Shown here: positions 62,261 to 64,000 of the stretch, piece after piece
Layout: each line of letters opens with the position of its first letter
Numbering within the stretch: position 1 is the first letter of the stretch
Source: Tubiluchus corallicola
Taxonomy: Eukaryota; Animalia; Priapulida
NCBI GenBank assembly: GCA_030141605.1
Contig: JAQGDQ010001058.1
Location: 2,669-66,668 of the forward strand
Length of the DNA: 64,000 nucleotides
Reading direction: 5' to 3'
Translations under genes and position numbers: made by a program
Notes under the pieces: generated by a model
Told to the model about the DNA's origin: nothing
Databases searched by the model: none
The model's input: the letters and a program-made list of their open reading frames with translations, nothing else

Positions 62261-64000
62261 CTAGCAGCACCTAAACTTTACTGAATTAACGAGTATACGA
62301 TCCTTGAGGTCCCTAGCAACACTCCTAAACTTTACTGAATTAACGAGTTTACGATCCTTGAGGTCCCTAGCAATACTCCTAAACTTTACTGAATTAACGA
62401 GTATACGAGCCTTGGGGTCACTAGCAATACTCCTAAACTTTACTGAATTAACGAGTATACGATCCTTAAGGTCACTAGCAAGACTCCTAAACTTTACTGA
62501 ATTAACGGGTATACGATCCTTGAGGTCACTAGCAATACTCCTAAACTTTACTGAATTAACGAGTTTACGATCCTTGAGGTCACTAGCAATACTCCTAAAC
62601 TTTACTGAATTAACGGGTATACGATCCTTGAGGTCCCTAGCAGTACTCCTAAACTTTACTGAATTAACGAGTATACGAGCCTTGGGGTCACTAGCAATAC
62701 TCCTAAACTTTACTGAATTAACGGGGAACGGGTATACGATTCTTGAGGTCACTAGCAAGACTCCTAAACTTTACTGAATTAACGAGTATACGAGCCTTGG
62801 GGTCACTAGCAATACTCCTAAACTTTACTGAATTAACGAGTATACAATCCTTAAGGTCACTAGCAATACTCCTAAACTTTACTGAATTAACGAGTATACG
62901 AGCCTTGGGGTCACTAGCAATACTCCTAAACTTTACTGAATTAACGAGTATACGATCCTTGAGGTCACTAGCAATACTCCTAAACTTTACTGAATTAATG
63001 AGTATACGATACTTGAGGTCACTAGCAATACTCCTAAACTTTACTGAATTAACGAGTATACGAGCCTTGGGGTCACTAGCAATACTCCTAAACTTTACTG
63101 AATTAACGAGTATACGATCCTTGGGTCACTAGCAACATTCCTAAACTTTACTGAATTAATGAGTATACGATCCTTAAGGTCACTAGCAATACTCCTAAAC
63201 TTTACTGAATTAACGAGTATACGAGCCTTGGGGTCACTAGCAATACTCCTAAACTTTACTGAATTAACGGGTATACGATCCTTGGGGTCACTAGCAATAC
63301 TCCTAAACTTTACTGAATTAACGAATATACGATCCTTGAGGTCACTAGCAATACTCCTAAACTTTACTGAATTAACGAGTATACGAGCCTTGGGGTCACT
63401 AGCAACATTCCTAAACTTTACTGAATTAACGAGTATACGATCCTTGAGGTCACTAGCAACATTCCTAAACTTTACTGAATTAACGAGTATACGATCCTTA
63501 AGGTCACTAGCAACACTCCTAAACTTTACTGAATTAACGAGTATACGATCCTTGAGGTCACTAGCAATACTCCTAAACTTTACTGAATTAACGAGTATAC
63601 GATCCTTGAGGTCACTAGCAACACTCCTAAACTTTACTGAATTAATGAGTATACGATCCTTGGGTCACTAGCAATACTCCTAAACTTTACTGAATTAACG
63701 AGTATACGATCCTTGGGGTCACTAGCAATACTCCTAAACTTTACTGAATTAACGAGTATACGAGCCTTGGGGTCACTAGCAACACTCCTAAACTTTACTG
63801 AATTAATGAGTATACGATCCTTGAGGTCACTAGCAATACTCCTAAACTTTACTGAATTAACGAGTATACGAGCCTTGGGGTCACTAGCAACACTCCTAAA
63901 CTTTACTGAATTAACGAGTATACGATCCTTGAGGTCACTAGCAATACTCCTAAACTTTACTGAATTAACGAGTATACGATCCTTGAGGTCACTAGCAAGA
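62261..64000. repeat. 54-bp minisatellite, over 30 copies, runs off the window end
   Basis: Unit CTAGCAATACTCCTAAACTTTACTGAATTAACGAGTATACGATCCTTGAGGTCA. Confidence 0.97.

Noticed and set aside
62261-64000. LRR-like ORFs (LAILLNFTELTSIRSLRS)n
   Set aside because: 54-bp satellite with frameshifting indels and no LxxLxLxxN consensus.

Overview
AT-rich, repeat-dense eukaryotic genomic DNA, most likely from an invertebrate animal; the ORF track is largely uninformative because genes are split into short GT-AG exons. I assembled four protein-coding genes by hand: a 6-exon steroid 5-alpha-reductase SRD5A1/2-like gene (+, 8656-15934, 270 aa), a 6-coding-exon FBXO28-like F-box gene (-, 21355-33668, 419 aa), an 8-exon FCF1 rRNA-processing PIN nuclease gene (+, 39977-57118, 199 aa), and the last two exons of a C20orf85/CIMIP1-like gene (-, 58036-60362). 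Introns and intergenic DNA hold many non-autonomous DNA transposons (Kolobok-like, hAT-like, Tc1/mariner-like), LINE/Penelope relics, tRNA- and 5S-derived SINE-like pieces, and ten unrelated minisatellites covering roughly a fifth of the window. All long ORFs (484-1192 aa) are satellite artefacts. The most notable observations are: an 802-bp tandem duplication that copies the frame-shifting exon 6 of FCF1; a palindrome carrying two inverted Penelope-type minimal hammerhead ribozyme motifs in an FBXO28 intron, plus further decayed hammerheads; and several satellites that appear to arise inside or at the ends of transposons. I found no convincing novel multi-gene system. All calls are by eye, without database searches.
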